Below, in pieces: positions 1 to 13,000 of a stretch of DNA of 64,000 bases; position 1 is the stretch's first letter; every line of letters starts with the position of its first letter. Below the pieces are notes generated by a model. The model was not told where the DNA came from and did no database searches. It was given only the letters and a program-made list of their open reading frames with translations. Position numbers and translations under genes: made by a program. Source of the stretch: Eledone cirrhosa (lineage: Eukaryota); assembly GCA_964016885.1 (NCBI GenBank), contig OZ024748.1:48298001-48362000 (forward strand), in the 5' to 3' direction.

Positions 1-1522
1 ATGCACACAGACACACACTGATACAGGTATGCACACAGACACACACTGATACAGGTATGCACACAGACACACACACTGATACAGGTATGCACACAGACAC
101 ACACTGATACAGGTATGCACACAGACACACACACTGATACAGGTATGCACACAGACACACACACTGATACAGGTATGCACACAGACACACACTGATACAG
201 GTATGCACACAGACCACACACTGATACAGGTATGCACACAGACACACACACTGATACAGGTATGCACACAGACACACACTGATACAGGTATGCACACAGA
301 CACACACTGATACAGGTATGCACACAGACACACACACTGATACAGGTATGCACACAGACACACACTGATACAGGTATGCACACAGACACACACTGATACA
401 GGTATGCACACAGACACACACACTGATACAGGTATGCACACAGACACACACTGATACAGGTATGCACAGACACACACACTGATACAGGTATGCACACAGA
501 CCACACACTGATACAGGTATGCACACAGACACACACTGATACAGGTATGCACACAGACACACACTGATACAGGTATGCACACAGACACACACTGATACAG
601 GTATGCACACAGACACACACACTGATACAGGTATGCACACAGACACACACTGATACAGGTATGCACACAGACACACACTGATACAGGTATGCACACAGCA
701 CACACTGATACAGGTATGCACACAGACACACACTGATACAGGTATGGCACACAGACACACACACTGATACAGGTATGCACACAGACACACACACTGATAC
801 AGGTATGCACACAGACACACACTGATACAGTATGCACACAGACACACACTGATACAGTATGCACACAGACACACACTGATACAGGTATGCACAGACACAC
901 ACACTGATACAGGTATGCACACAGACACACACACTGATACAGGTATGCACACAGACACACACTGATACAGGTATGCACACAGACACACACTGATACAGGT
1001 ATGCACACAGACACACACACTGATACAGGTATGCACACAGACACACACTGATACAGGTATGCACACAGACACACACACTGATACAGGTATGCACACAGAC
1101 ACACACACTGATACAGTATGCACACAGACACACACTGATACAGGTATGCACACAGACACACACACTGATACAGGTATGCACACAGACACACACACTGATA
1201 CAGGTATGCACCACAGACACACACACTGATACAGGTATGCACACAGACACACACTGATACAGGTATGCACACAGACACACACACTGAACAGGTATGCACA
1301 CAGACACACACTGATACAGGTATGCACACAGACACACACACTGATACAGGTATGCACACAGACACACACTCGATACAGGTATGCACACAGACACACACAC
1401 TGATACAGGTATGCACACAGACACACACTGATACAGGTATGCACACAGACACACACTGATACAGGTATGCACACAGACACACACACTGATACAGGTATGC
1501 ACACAGACACACACACTGATAC
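1..1522. repeat. Tandem minisatellite, 28-30 bp unit ATGCACACAGACACACA(CA)CTGATACAGGT
   Basis: About 50 directly visible copies that vary mainly in CA number; the array runs into the N gap. Confidence 0.97.
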
Positions 1523-1722
1523 NNNNNNNNNNNNNNNNNNNNNNNNNNNNNNNNNNNNNNNNNNNNNNNNNNNNNNNNNNNNNNNNNNNNNNNNNNNNNN
1601 NNNNNNNNNNNNNNNNNNNNNNNNNNNNNNNNNNNNNNNNNNNNNNNNNNNNNNNNNNNNNNNNNNNNNNNNNNNNNNNNNNNNNNNNNNNNNNNNNNNN
1701 NNNNNNNNNNNNNNNNNNNNNN
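1523..1722. other. Assembly gap (200 N)
   Basis: Run of N. Confidence 1.
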
Positions 1723-2310
1723 AAGAATGGGAGAGGAATCGGGAGGCAAGGATAGCAATATAAATATATAGATCTATATGTATATATATATATGTGTATG
1801 TGTGTGTGTATATATACATGCATATATATGAGTATCATCACCGTTTAACATCCATTTTCCATGCACACATATATTCATATATATATATATAAATATATGT
1901 ATATGTGTGTGTGTGTGTGTGTATTTATATATACACATATACATATATTAATATATACATATATATAGACACACATATACATATATTAATATATACATAT
2001 ATATAGACACACAGATATATATATATATATATTCGTTTTTATAGATTCTGCTGAATATACCAGTAGTTGGCACAAGGGAATTCACTACACACCCCCATAT
2101 TTGTGTGTGTGTAATGAGAGAGATGTAAGGTGAGTGGAGGAGGAGAGATGCAGAAGAGGAATTAGTGGAGGTTTAAAACAATGATAACAAGAAGGCAGCT
2201 ATTTTTCTATTATTTATTAAAATGTCTTTCTTTATTTTATATCATTATTTTTCACTGAATAGCAAACAAGTTTGTGTAAACATAATTGACAGATTTGTGT
2301 CTTTAATTCT

Positions 2311-2820
2311 AACAGAGAGGGGAAAACCCCCCTCTGTTTAGGGCTTATATATTGGAATATTCCAGAGGGGGGGGGGCACCTCTGTTTAAGGCTTATATAT
2401 TGGAATATTCCAGAGGGGGGAGGGCAGAACACTTCTGTTTAAGACTTATATATTGGAATATTCCAGAGGGGGGGGGGCACCTCTGTTTAAGGCTTATATA
2501 TTAGAATATTCCAGACAGAGAGGGGGGAACACTTCTGTTTAGGGCTTATATATTGGAATATTCCAGGGGGGGGGGGAACACTTCTGTTTAGGGCTTATAT
2601 ATTGGAATATTCCAGAGGGAGGGAAACACCTCTGTTTAAGGCTTATATATTGGAATATTCCAGAGGGGGGAAAACACTTCTGTTTAAGGCTTATATATTG
2701 GAATATTCCAGAGGCGGGGGTAAACACTTCTGTTTAAGGCTTATATATTGGAATATTCCAAAGGCGGGGGAAAACACTTCTGTTTAAGGCTTATATATTG
2801 GAATATTCCAGACAGAGGGG
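2311..2820. repeat. Minisatellite, ~47-52 bp unit containing the palindrome TGGAATATTCCA
   Basis: About 10 copies of CACTTCTGTTTAAGGCTTATATATTGGAATATTCCAGAG(G)n. Confidence 0.95.
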
Positions 2821-3154
2821 GAAGAAAGTTTTAAATATTGGAAATTAGACAAAGCTGTTGTTTTTCCCAGTTCTCAGTTTCAAAAATAAAAAAAAAAACA
2901 TAAAAATAAACACACGTACACACACACACACGCGCGCGTTTGTGAGGTAGAGAGGAACTTTGAAATAACAACACCCAATTGAGATATTACAAGAAAGATT
3001 AAATAGGATTTGTCAATTGAAGGACTTTTGTTTCTCTCCATATTTGTAAATCTCAAGAGCAAACAGTGAAATAGTACATTAACTCCAAAATTATGAGTAG
3101 TGGTAGTAGTAGTAGTAGTAGTAGTAATAGTAGTAGTGGTGGTGGTGGTGGTAA

Positions 3155-3362
3155 CCCCTAATCAAGCACCCCTATTGTTTATGCACAAGTTAGCCTTAGA
3201 TCAACCAGACCTATAGTCTTGGTCAATGTTAACTCTAGATCAACTAGACCTATATAGTCTAGGCCAATGTTAGCCCTAGAACAACCAGACCTATAGCCTA
3301 GGCCAATGTTAGCCCTAAATCAAACAGACCTATAGTTTAGGCTAATGTTATCCATAAATCAA
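3155..3362. repeat. Degenerate ~39-41 bp tandem repeat
   Basis: About 5 copies similar to GTTAGCCCTAGATCAACCAGACCTATAGTCTAGGCCAAT. Confidence 0.85.
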
Positions 3363-3420
3363 GCATCACATCTACATAGTCAGCCTATGAACTTTCAGTC
3401 TACCCTGTATATATATAAAT

Positions 3421-3790
3421 CTGTTCACATAACCTTTGAGTTGTTTGAGCTTTGGTTTCTTCATGCCACTTTTGGGCTGCTCTATTTCTCTCCATTTGCT
3501 GTCTTAATGATTTTCGTATATCTGATTTCCCTTGACGAATGGTTGCTTCCATTGTCCTATCTTCAGCAAGACCTTTTGATCTTTGCTCATCTCATTCATC
3601 CTGTCTATTCTGTACACTTCTTATTCTTTGTTGTTGAATCCTTGATGATTTTTGTGCATCTGATTCATTCTGTCTGTTTTGTTCTGTAGTTTTGTACATC
3701 TAATTCATCTTGATGAAATGTTGCTTTCCTTGTCCTATCATCAGCAAACCTTTTTGATCTTTGTTCTTCTGATTCATTTTGCCTATATTT
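3421..3790 (-). pseudogene. Decayed STPR-like 23-aa repeat coding segment, probably a Helitron Rep/Hel N-terminal region
   Basis: The minus strand reads ESEEQRSKRFADDRTRKATFHQD / ESDAQKSSRIQQQRIRSVQNRQD / E*DEQRSKGLAEDRTMEATIRQG / KSDIRKSLRQQMERNRAAQKWHE / ETKAQTTQRL, a 23-aa period with one stop and a break after the first repeat. Confidence 0.65.
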
Positions 3791-5799
3791 CACTGTAGCT
3801 TTTCACTTTCATTCTTCCTTTGTAGCTGCTTTATGAGATTTTCTTCCAAATGAAGTGGCATTTTTTGCTTGCAGCTTCAAATGCCACTATTATTTATCTA
3901 AAAATTAAAAGTTTTTCTGTTAATGATGGATCTAAGTTGAGTAAAATTTCATTGAATGAGGAATCACTGCATTAACTTTGTTATTTTTCAGAAACAACAA
4001 CCAAAAACTAACAGAAATGAATATGTAAAAAATATTACAGGTTTTACATGTGTTATTTTTAGTAGTGTTTTCATAAACCAAATAAAGAATCCAAAATTAA
4101 ATGAGAGGCTGACACACACATATACACACAGAGCTATATAAGAAAATGTGGCATATATACACACACACAAGAAAGATATGAGGAAAATAGTGGTAAGAAA
4201 CTCTCAGGAGAACTGTTCAGCAAAAGGTCTTCAGAGAAGAACCCCCCTCATGTGAGTTGTTTCGGCTCTTAATTTCTTACACTCTAAGGGGGTCGGGCCA
4301 CATCCAGGTCAATTAAGCCGCATGGAGGTTTTGTTGACAGGATCTAGCTGCAACTCTGCTTCGTTGCCTCTGTTTTCAAACTTATATCCAGAAACATTTT
4401 TTAGCTTTGAAACTTTTTTGAGTTTGGGACATCAACAGGGCCACCACCACCGCCAACAACAATAAGCAGTATGGGTATGGTAGTCACTTTGTTCACGGGC
4501 TAAATATTAAGTAGATATGATATGTATATACACACGGAAGACATATAAAGAATGTATGACAAAATATGCTGCACCCGATAAAGTAGATGTGCATTGTTGC
4601 TTTATGTTTATTGAATGTGCGTCACTCACTTGTTTCAGTCATACCTCCTTTCATGCAGGAGAGAGAGTGGGACGTTCAAAACTGAAGCAAGCATGTACTT
4701 GTTGTTTTAGTGTTGACTACTATGTTGAACACGTGTCGCTCACTCTCTTCACTTTCTTTATCCCTGTTTCTCTCTTCGATCATGCATTGTTAACCTAATT
4801 GCTTAGTTCCATCTTTGGTTTTTAGCACTCCATTTAATTTCATGTGTGCTGGCTTTCTCTCAAGTCTCATTTCTTCATTCTCTCTATTTCCCATCATATT
4901 CTATTGTAGTGAAGATGATAATTCACAACAAACAGTCAGACAACTGAATATAGCTACAAGTGTGAGGAAAACCTATTCCTGAGTCTAAGGAACTCACATG
5001 CCAAGTTTGAACATGCTTGGTCCAATGATTTTTAAGTGCATTCGAGACAAACAGTCAAACAAATGAGCTAGAGAGAGAGAGTGTGTGTGTGTGTGGTGTG
5101 TGTGTGAGAAAATGCTTCATGGTGTTACTGAAAATTATTGTATCATCCTCTTGGGAGAGGATGATAAAATAAAATGCCAAAAGTAGAAACAATTATATTT
5201 TATTTATTAAAATCTTTATTTTAATTTTAAACGATTCTCGTTTGAAGCCTAGCCCCTCCCTACCCTTTGTTCAGCAATGATTTACTGTGTAACAGTGAAT
5301 AATTGAAGATTGTTGGCGGTCACAAGTACAATTTCTTTATCACTAAACTTCCATTCAACCGAGGTAATAAATTCATTTTAATTACCTCCCCTACCACCTA
5401 TGTTAATTACCTCCCCTTGTGCTCTATTTTCATTACCCTATGTCAATCATCAATGCTTAGATTTTCTTTGGTTTTCTTCAAAAAAAGATTTTTTCAATTT
5501 TGTTTTACAAACTAAACAAAATGTTGAACACTAAAAGTACATGAAGGGACACTTATCTAGTTTCATATATATATATATTGTATTTTAATCATCTAGTGGA
5601 ACAGAGGGGTAAGGTGGTGTAGCACAAGTAAAGAAGGAACAGTAGGAGGAGCAAGGTTGTGACACCAGCCCTGCCCCAAATCAATATTCTAAGGAATATG
5701 ATATTCACCACCATCACTACCACCACAGCTGCCAACTTGCAAAGGAGGAAATTACTTTTGCAACATGATTTCAAGATATGGCAAATGGGATATTACATA

Positions 5800-6134
5800 T
5801 AATATTATATACACTATATATATATGATGATGATGATATATATATATATGTATATATAATATATATATTATATATATGTATATATAATATATATATTATA
5901 TATATGTATATATAATATATATATTATATATATATAATATATATATTATATATATATAATATATATATTATATATATATAATATATATATATTATATATA
6001 TATAATATATATATTATATATATATAATATATATATTATATATATATATATATATAAATATATGATGATGATGATGATGATTATATATATAATATATATC
6101 ATCATCATCATCATCATCATCAGGTTTAGCGTCC

Positions 6135-6186
<52 letters not shown>

Positions 6187-6293
6187 TCATCATCATCAAC
6201 ATCATTTATATATATATATATATATATCATCATCATCATTTATATATATATATATATATATAATGATCATCATTTATATATATATATAATCAT

Positions 6294-6330
<37 letters not shown>

Positions 6331-6333
6331 CAT

Positions 6334-6364
<31 letters not shown>

Positions 6365-6392
6365 ATCATCATCATTTATATATATTTATATA
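5800..6392. repeat. (TA)n / (CAT)n compound microsatellite
   Basis: Direct reading. Confidence 0.95.
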
Positions 6393-6797
6393 TGGCGGTA
6401 CTCAGTAACAGAGAAGACCCGCCTTGCCAGTAGGCATCTCTAACAAAATACACCCCGTCCCGCCACCACCCCCACCCCATCCACACCACCCCGTTCTATG
6501 TAAAGTTATGTTGGTGCCGCGCCATCCAGGCCGAAACAAATGAGATCGTGTAGGTGTCACGACAAAAAAACACAGTCCACGCTGTAATGTGGCCGTGTAG
6601 GCAACACGGTAAAAACCTCCCAGACCCACACTGTAAATGTGGTTGGTGTTAGGAAGGGCATCCAACTGTAGAAAACCTGCCAGACAGTCCTATGCGAGCA
6701 AGACAATCACTCTTGCCTCAAGTGGGACTACCCCCGTCCAAACCCATGCAAGCGTGGAACACGGACGTTAAACGTTGATGATGATGATGATGATGAT
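6393..6797 (+). mobile_element. RTE LINE 3' fragment (family B) with extended 3' region and (GAT)n tail
   Basis: Starts at the ORF end (WRYSVTEKT) and is homologous to the reverse complement of 45818-46245. Ends AACCCATGCAAGCGTGGAACACGGACGTTAAACG followed by (GAT)n. Confidence 0.85.
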
Positions 6798-6809
6798 ATA
6801 TATATATAA

Positions 6810-7452
6810 CTAGCCGAATTACCCGCGCCTTGCTGCGTTTCATACATTTTTTTTGTAAGAAAATGATGATTGATTTTAAATCAGTGATATAATTGATGGA
6901 GAAAAACTCTGCATTTCAATATTACTCAATGTAAAATGTAATGCATGAAAAATTGGAAAACATTTTTTGTAATCTATCAAATCAAAATTACATTATTAAA
7001 TCTTATTCTTATTTTGTTTCTTGTAAATATTTTTTTTTCAAAATATCAATTCAAAACTTTTGTGAATAGGCATCATATCTTGTTATTTACCATGGTTTAA
7101 ATTTCATATAAATCGAAGGGGGAAACATTTTCAGTGGGGGTTTGTGCCTCCGGGGAAGCCTAATAAGGGGGTTTAACCCCCATTAGGGCGGCTTAATATT
7201 ATTGAAATTTGCTGAAATTTTACGAACAGGCATAATATTTTGTCATTTACCTATGGTTTAAATTTCATATAAATTGAAGGGACAAAATTTTCAGTGGGGG
7301 TTGTGTGCCCCCGGAGAACCCTTGGATTAAAAGGAAATATACTTATCCAAGTACCCTAGGCAATGTAGTTTCAGAACATATGTGGTTATGGGGGTCTATC
7401 TCCAAAACCATAGGAGTAGTTCGTGAACAAACAAACTTTATATATATTATAT
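6810..7452 (-). mobile_element. Non-autonomous Helitron-like element
   Basis: The minus-strand 3' end has a GC-rich imperfect hairpin followed by CTAG|T (6810-6813). An internal direct repeat (~7063-7160 and ~7223-7320) and an ACAAACAAAC motif lie towards the 5' end; the 5' TC is not clearly visible. Confidence 0.7.
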
Positions 7453-7456
7453 ATAT

Positions 7457-7746
7457 CATCATTTCATCATCATTTCACGTCTGCTTTTCCCTGCTTGCAA
7501 GGGTGGGACGGGAACTGATTCTGGCTTGATTTCTACAGCTGGATGCCCTTCCTAACACCACCTCATTTACAGTGAGTGGTGGGTACTTTTTTTCCGTGGC
7601 ACCTCCACGACCACTTTGCAATGGAATGATAGGGACCCCAATTCCTATCATCTCATTTCTACAGCTGAGTAAACTGGAGCAATGTGAAATAAAGTGTCTT
7701 ATTCAATGAAACAACACATCACCTGGTCTGAGAATTGAACTCACAA
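7457..7746 (-). mobile_element. CORE-type SINE with RTE-derived tail, tRNA head truncated
   Basis: Nearly identical to the full copies at 30573-30917 and 47550-47890, and cut just upstream of the B box. Confidence 0.9.
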
Positions 7747-7924
7747 GGGAACCAGGCGGACCATAACGCACCAAAGTACTCAATACTTAGGGTAGTAGAG
7801 TGGGTAATAGGAACGAGTAGGACCCCGACGGCTGAGCTCAAGCCATTTCGACGGCTAATTCTGGACTCGAAATTAGCCATCGAAACGACTTGAGCTCAGC
7901 TGTCGGGGTCCTACTCGTTCCTAT
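7747..7924. mobile_element. Hairpin element: conserved leader plus ~54-bp inverted arms (7807-7860 / 7871-7924)
   Basis: Near-identical to 49417-49603; the arms are reverse complements with about 4 mismatches. Confidence 0.85.
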
Positions 7925-7957
7925 ATAGGGAGGCGTGGCAAATAACACTGGACAAAG

Positions 7958-9722
7958 GGTGGGGAGAGAGAGGAAGGGGGCAGGCAGGCAGAGTGAAGAG
8001 AAGGGTGGAAGACAGTGAGGGGTGGAGAGAGGAAGGGGGCAGGCAAGAAGGGTGAAGAGAAGGGTGGAAGACAGTGAGGGGTGGAGAGAGGAAAGGGGCA
8101 GGGAAGAAGGGTGAAGAGAAGGGTGGAAGACAGTGAGGGGTGGAGAGAGGAAAGGGGCAGGGAAGAAGGGTGAAGAGAAGGGTGGAGAGAGGAAGGGGGC
8201 AGGGAAGAAGGGTGAAGAGAAGGGTGGAAGACATTTAGGGGTGGAGAGAGGAAGGGGGCAGGGAAGAAGGGTGAAGAGAAGGGTGGAAGACAGTGAGGGG
8301 TGGAGAGAGGAAGGGGCAGGGAAGAAGGGTGAAGAGAAGGGTGGAAGACAATGAGGGGTGGAGAGAGGAAGGGGCAGGGAAGAAGGGTGAAGAGAAGGGT
8401 GGAAGACAGTGAGGGGTGGAGAGAGGAAGGGGCAGGGAAGAAGGGTGAAGAGAAGGGTGGAAGACAATGAGGGGTGGAGAGAGGAAGGGGCAGGGAAGAA
8501 GGGTGAAGAGAAGGGTGGAAGACATTTAGGGGTGGAGAGAGGAAGGGGCAGGGAAGAAGGGTGAAGAGAAGGGTGGAAGACAGTGAGGGGTGGAGAGAGG
8601 AAGGGGCAGGGAAGAAGGGTGAAGAGAAGGGTGGAAGACAGTGAGGGGTGGAGAGAGGAAGGGGGCAGGGAAGAAGGGTGAAGAGAAGGGTGGAAGACAG
8701 TGAGGGGTGGAGAGAGGAAGGGGGCAGGGAAGAAGGGTGAAGAGAAGGGTGGAAGACATTTAGGGGTGGAGAGAGGAAGAGGGCAGGGAAGAAGGGTGAA
8801 GAGAAGGGTGGAAGACAGTGAGGGGTGGAGAGAGGAAGGGGCAGGGAAGAAGGGTGAAGAGAAGGGTGGAAGACAGTGAGGGGTGGAGAGAGGAAGGGGA
8901 CAGGGAAGAAGGGTGAAGAGAAGGGTGGAAGACAGTGAGGGGTGGAGAGAGGAAGGGGCAGGGAAGAAGGGTGAACAGAAGGGTGGAAGACAGTGAGGGG
9001 TGGAGAGAGGAAGGGGACAGGGAAGAAGGGTGAAGAGAAGGGTGGAAGACAGTGAGGGGTGGAGAGAGGAAGGGGGCAGGGAAGAAGGGTGAAGAGAAGG
9101 GTGGAAGACAGTGAGGGGTGGAGAGAGGAAGGGGGCAGGGAAGAAGGGTGAAGAGAAGGGTGGAAGACAGTGAGGGGTGGAGAGAGGAAGGGGGCAGGGA
9201 AGAAGGGTGAAGAGAAGGGTGGAAGACAGTGAGGGGTGGAGAGAGGAAGGGGGCAGGGAAGAAGGGTGAAGAGAAGGGTGGAAGACAGTGAGGGGTGGAG
9301 AGAGGAAGGGGGCAGGGAAGAAGGGTGAAGAGAAGGGTGGAAGACAGTGAGGGGTGGAGAGAGGAAGGGGGCAGGGAAGAAGGGTGAAGAGAAGGGTGGA
9401 AGACAGTGAGGGGTGGAGAGAGGAAGGGGGCAGGGAAGAAGGGTGAAGAGAAGGGTGGAAGACAGTGAGGGGTGGAGAGAGGAAGGGGGCAGGGAAGAAG
9501 GGTGAAGAGAAGGGTGGAAGACAGTGAGGGGTGGAGAGAGGAAGGGGGCAGGGAAGAAGGGTGAAGAGAAGGGTGGAAGACAGTGAGGGGTGGAGAGAGG
9601 AAGGGGGCAGGGAAGAAGGGTGAAGAGAAGGGTGGAAGACAGTAGGGGTGGAGAGAGGAAGGGGGCAGGGAAGAAGGGTGAAGAGAAGGGTGGAAGACAG
9701 TGAGGGGTGGAGAGAGGAAGGG
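7958..9722. repeat. Purine-rich minisatellite, 58-59 bp unit
   Basis: About 30 copies of GGGG(G)CAGGGAAGAAGGGTGAAGAGAAGGGTGGAAGACAGTGAGGGGTGGAGAGAGGAA. Confidence 0.97.
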
Positions 9723-9814
9723 CTCCTCAAATTTGACTGTAGAATGCAATGGAGGGCAATATGGTTGTGTTGTGGGCAATGAATTACTGCCACTAAACAT
9801 CATTGCTTACCTGA

Positions 9815-9935
9815 CGAGTGGATCTGAGAGAGGAGATGAGAAAGGAAGACATGTGGAGAGAGGCTGGGAGAAATAGACCTGTACAACCCATGCAAGCATG
9901 GAAATATGTGATGAGGATGATGATGATGATGTTAA
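9815..9935 (+). mobile_element. Old RTE LINE 3' terminus
   Basis: Translates DLREEMRKEDMWREAGRNR, similar to the RTE C-terminus KLTVEMTRDCDEWRDAVLNK near 58830-58880. It is followed by the RTE tail motif AACCCATGCAAGCATGGAAA and (GAT)n. Confidence 0.6.
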
Positions 9936-10083
9936 TGATGATGGTGATGATGATGGTGATAGTGTGGGTGGTGGTGGTGATAGAGGTGATGATGGTGGCG
10001 ATGAGAATGAGGATGATGTTAGTGATAACAATGATAGTGGTGATGATGATGATGATGATGATGATGATGAGGGTGATGATGTT

Positions 10084-13000
10084 AGTGATGGTGGTGGTGG
10101 TGATGATGTGATAGAGATGATGACAATGATGCTGGTGATGATGGTGATGATGATGAGATAGAGATGATGACAATGATGTTAGTGATGGTGATGATGATGT
10201 GATAGAGATGATGACAATGATGCTGGTGATGGTGATGGTGATGATGATGATGATGTGATAGAGATGATGACAATGATGTTGATGGTGGTGGTGATGATGA
10301 TGTGATAGAGATGATGACAATGATGCTTGTGATGGTGGTGATGATGATGTGATAGAGATGATGACAATGATGTTGGTGATGGTGGTGATGATGATGTGAT
10401 AGAGATGATGACAATGATGTTGGTGATGGTGATGATGATGATGTGATAGAGATGATGACAATGATGTTGGTGATGGTGATGATGATGATGTGATAGAGAT
10501 GATGACAATGATGTTGGTGATGGTGGTGATGATGATGTGATAGAGATGATGACAATGATGTTGGTGATGGTGATGATGATGATGTGATAGAGATGATGAC
10601 AATGATGTTGGTGATGGTGATGATGATGATGTGATAGAGATGATGACAATGATGTTGGTGATGGTGATGATGATGATGTGATAGAGATGATGACAATGAT
10701 GCTGTGATGGTGATGATGATGATGTGATAGAGATGATGACAATGATGTTAGTGATGGTGGTGATGATGATGTGATAGAGATGATGACAATGATGTTGGTG
10801 ATGGTGATGATGATGATGTGATAGAGATGATGACAATGATGTTGGTGATGGTGATGATGATGATGTGATAGAGATGATGACAATGATGTTGGTGATGGTG
10901 ATGATGATGATGTGATAGAGATGATGACAATGATGCTGTGATGGTGATGATGATGATGTGATAGAGATGATGACAATGATGTTAGTGATGGTGGTGATGA
11001 TGATGTGATAGAGATGATGACAATGATGTTGGTGATGGTGATGATGATGATGTGATAGAGATGATGACAATGATGTTGGTGATGATGATGATGATGTGAT
11101 AGAGATGATGACAATGATGTTGGTGATGGTGGTGATGATGATGTGATAGAGATGATGACAATGATGTTGGTGATGATGATGATGATGTGATAGAGATGAT
11201 GACAATGATGTTAGTGATGGTGATGATGATGATGTGATAGAGATGATGACAATGATGTTGGTGATGGTGATGATGATGTGATAGAGATGATGACAATGAT
11301 GTTGGTGATGGTGGTGATGATGATGTGATAGAGATGATGACAATGATGTTGGTGATGATGATGATGATGTGATAGAGATGATGACAATGATGTTGGTGAT
11401 GGTGGTGATGATGATGTGATAGAGATGATGACAATGATGTTGGTGATGATGGTGATGATGATGTGATAGAGATGATGACAATGATGTTAGTGATGGTGAT
11501 GATGATGATGTGATAGAGATGATGACAATGATGTTGGTGATGGTGATGATGATGTGATAGAGATGATGACAATGATGTTGGTGATGGTGGTGATGATGAT
11601 GTGATAGAGATGATGACAATGATGCTAGTGATGATGGTGATGATGATGTGATAGAGATGATGACAATGATGTTGGTGATGGTGATGATGATGATGTGATA
11701 GAGATGATGACAATGATGTTGGTGATGGTGATGATGATGTGATAGAGATGATGACAATGATGTTGGTGATGGTGGTGATGATGATGTGATAGAGATGATG
11801 ACAATGATGCTAGTGATGATGGTGATGATGATGTGATAGAGATGATGACAATGATGCTAGTGATGATGGTGATGATGATGTGATAGAGATGATGACAATG
11901 ATGTTGGTGATGGTGATGATGATGATGTGATAGAGATGATGACAATGATGTTGGTGATGATGATGATGATGTGATAGAGATGATGACAATGATGTTGGTG
12001 ATGGTGGTGATGATGATGTGATAGAGATGATGACAATGATGTTGGTGATGGTGGTGATGATGATGTGATAGAGATGATGACAATGATGCTAGTGATGATG
12101 GTGATGATGATGTGATAGAGATGATGACAATGATGTTGGTGATGGTGATGATGATGATGTGATAGAGATGATGACAATGATGTTGGTGATGGTGGTGATG
12201 ATGATGTGATAGAGATGATGACAATGATGCTAGTGATGGTGATGATGATGATGTGATAGAGATGATGACAATGATGTTGGTGATGGTGGTGATGATGATG
12301 TGATAGAGATGATGACAATGATGCTAGTGATGATGGTGATGATGATGTGATAGAGATGATGACAATGATGTTGGTGATGGTGATGATGATGATGTGATAG
12401 AGATGATGACAATGATGTTGGTGATGATGATGATGATGTGATAGAGATGATGACAATGATGCTGTGATGGTGATGATGATGATGTGATAGAGATGATGAC
12501 AATGATGTTGGTGATGGTGGTGATGATGATGTGATAGAGATGATGACAATGATGTTGGTGATGGTGGTGATGATGATGTGATAGAGATGATGACAATGAT
12601 GTTAGTGATGGTGATGATGATGATGTGATAGAGATGATGACAATGATGTTGGTGATGATGATGATGATGATGTGATAGAGATGATGACAATGATGCTGTG
12701 ATGGTGATGATGATGATGTGATAGAGATGATGACAATGATGTTGGTGATGGTGATGATGATGATGTGATAGAGATGATGACAATGATGCTGTGATGGTGA
12801 TGATGATGATGTGATAGAGATGATGACAATGATGTTAGTGATGGTGGTGATGATGATGTGATAGAGATGATGACAATGATGTTGGTGATGATGATGATGA
12901 TGTGATAGAGATGATGACAATGATGCTGTGATGGTGATGATGATGATGTGATAGAGATGATGACAATGATGTTAGTGATGGTGGTGATGATGTGATAGAG

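Noticed and set aside
2311-2820. CRISPR-like array of palindromic repeats
   Set aside because: There are no unique spacers and no cas genes, and the context is eukaryotic.
3345-3689. 114-aa hydrophobic plus-strand ORF
   Set aside because: It is the antisense shadow of the STPR-like repeats on the minus strand.
7838-9803. Pro/Ser/Leu-rich ORFs of 651 and 347 aa
   Set aside because: They are translations of the 58-59 bp minisatellite.
9811-9878. Apparent 68-bp minus-strand exon (AG...GTAAG; LFLPASLHMSSFLISSLRSTRQ)
   Set aside because: The opposite strand matches an RTE 3' end and tail, the acceptor lacks a good polypyrimidine tract, and no partner exons were found. It cannot be fully excluded without RNA-seq.
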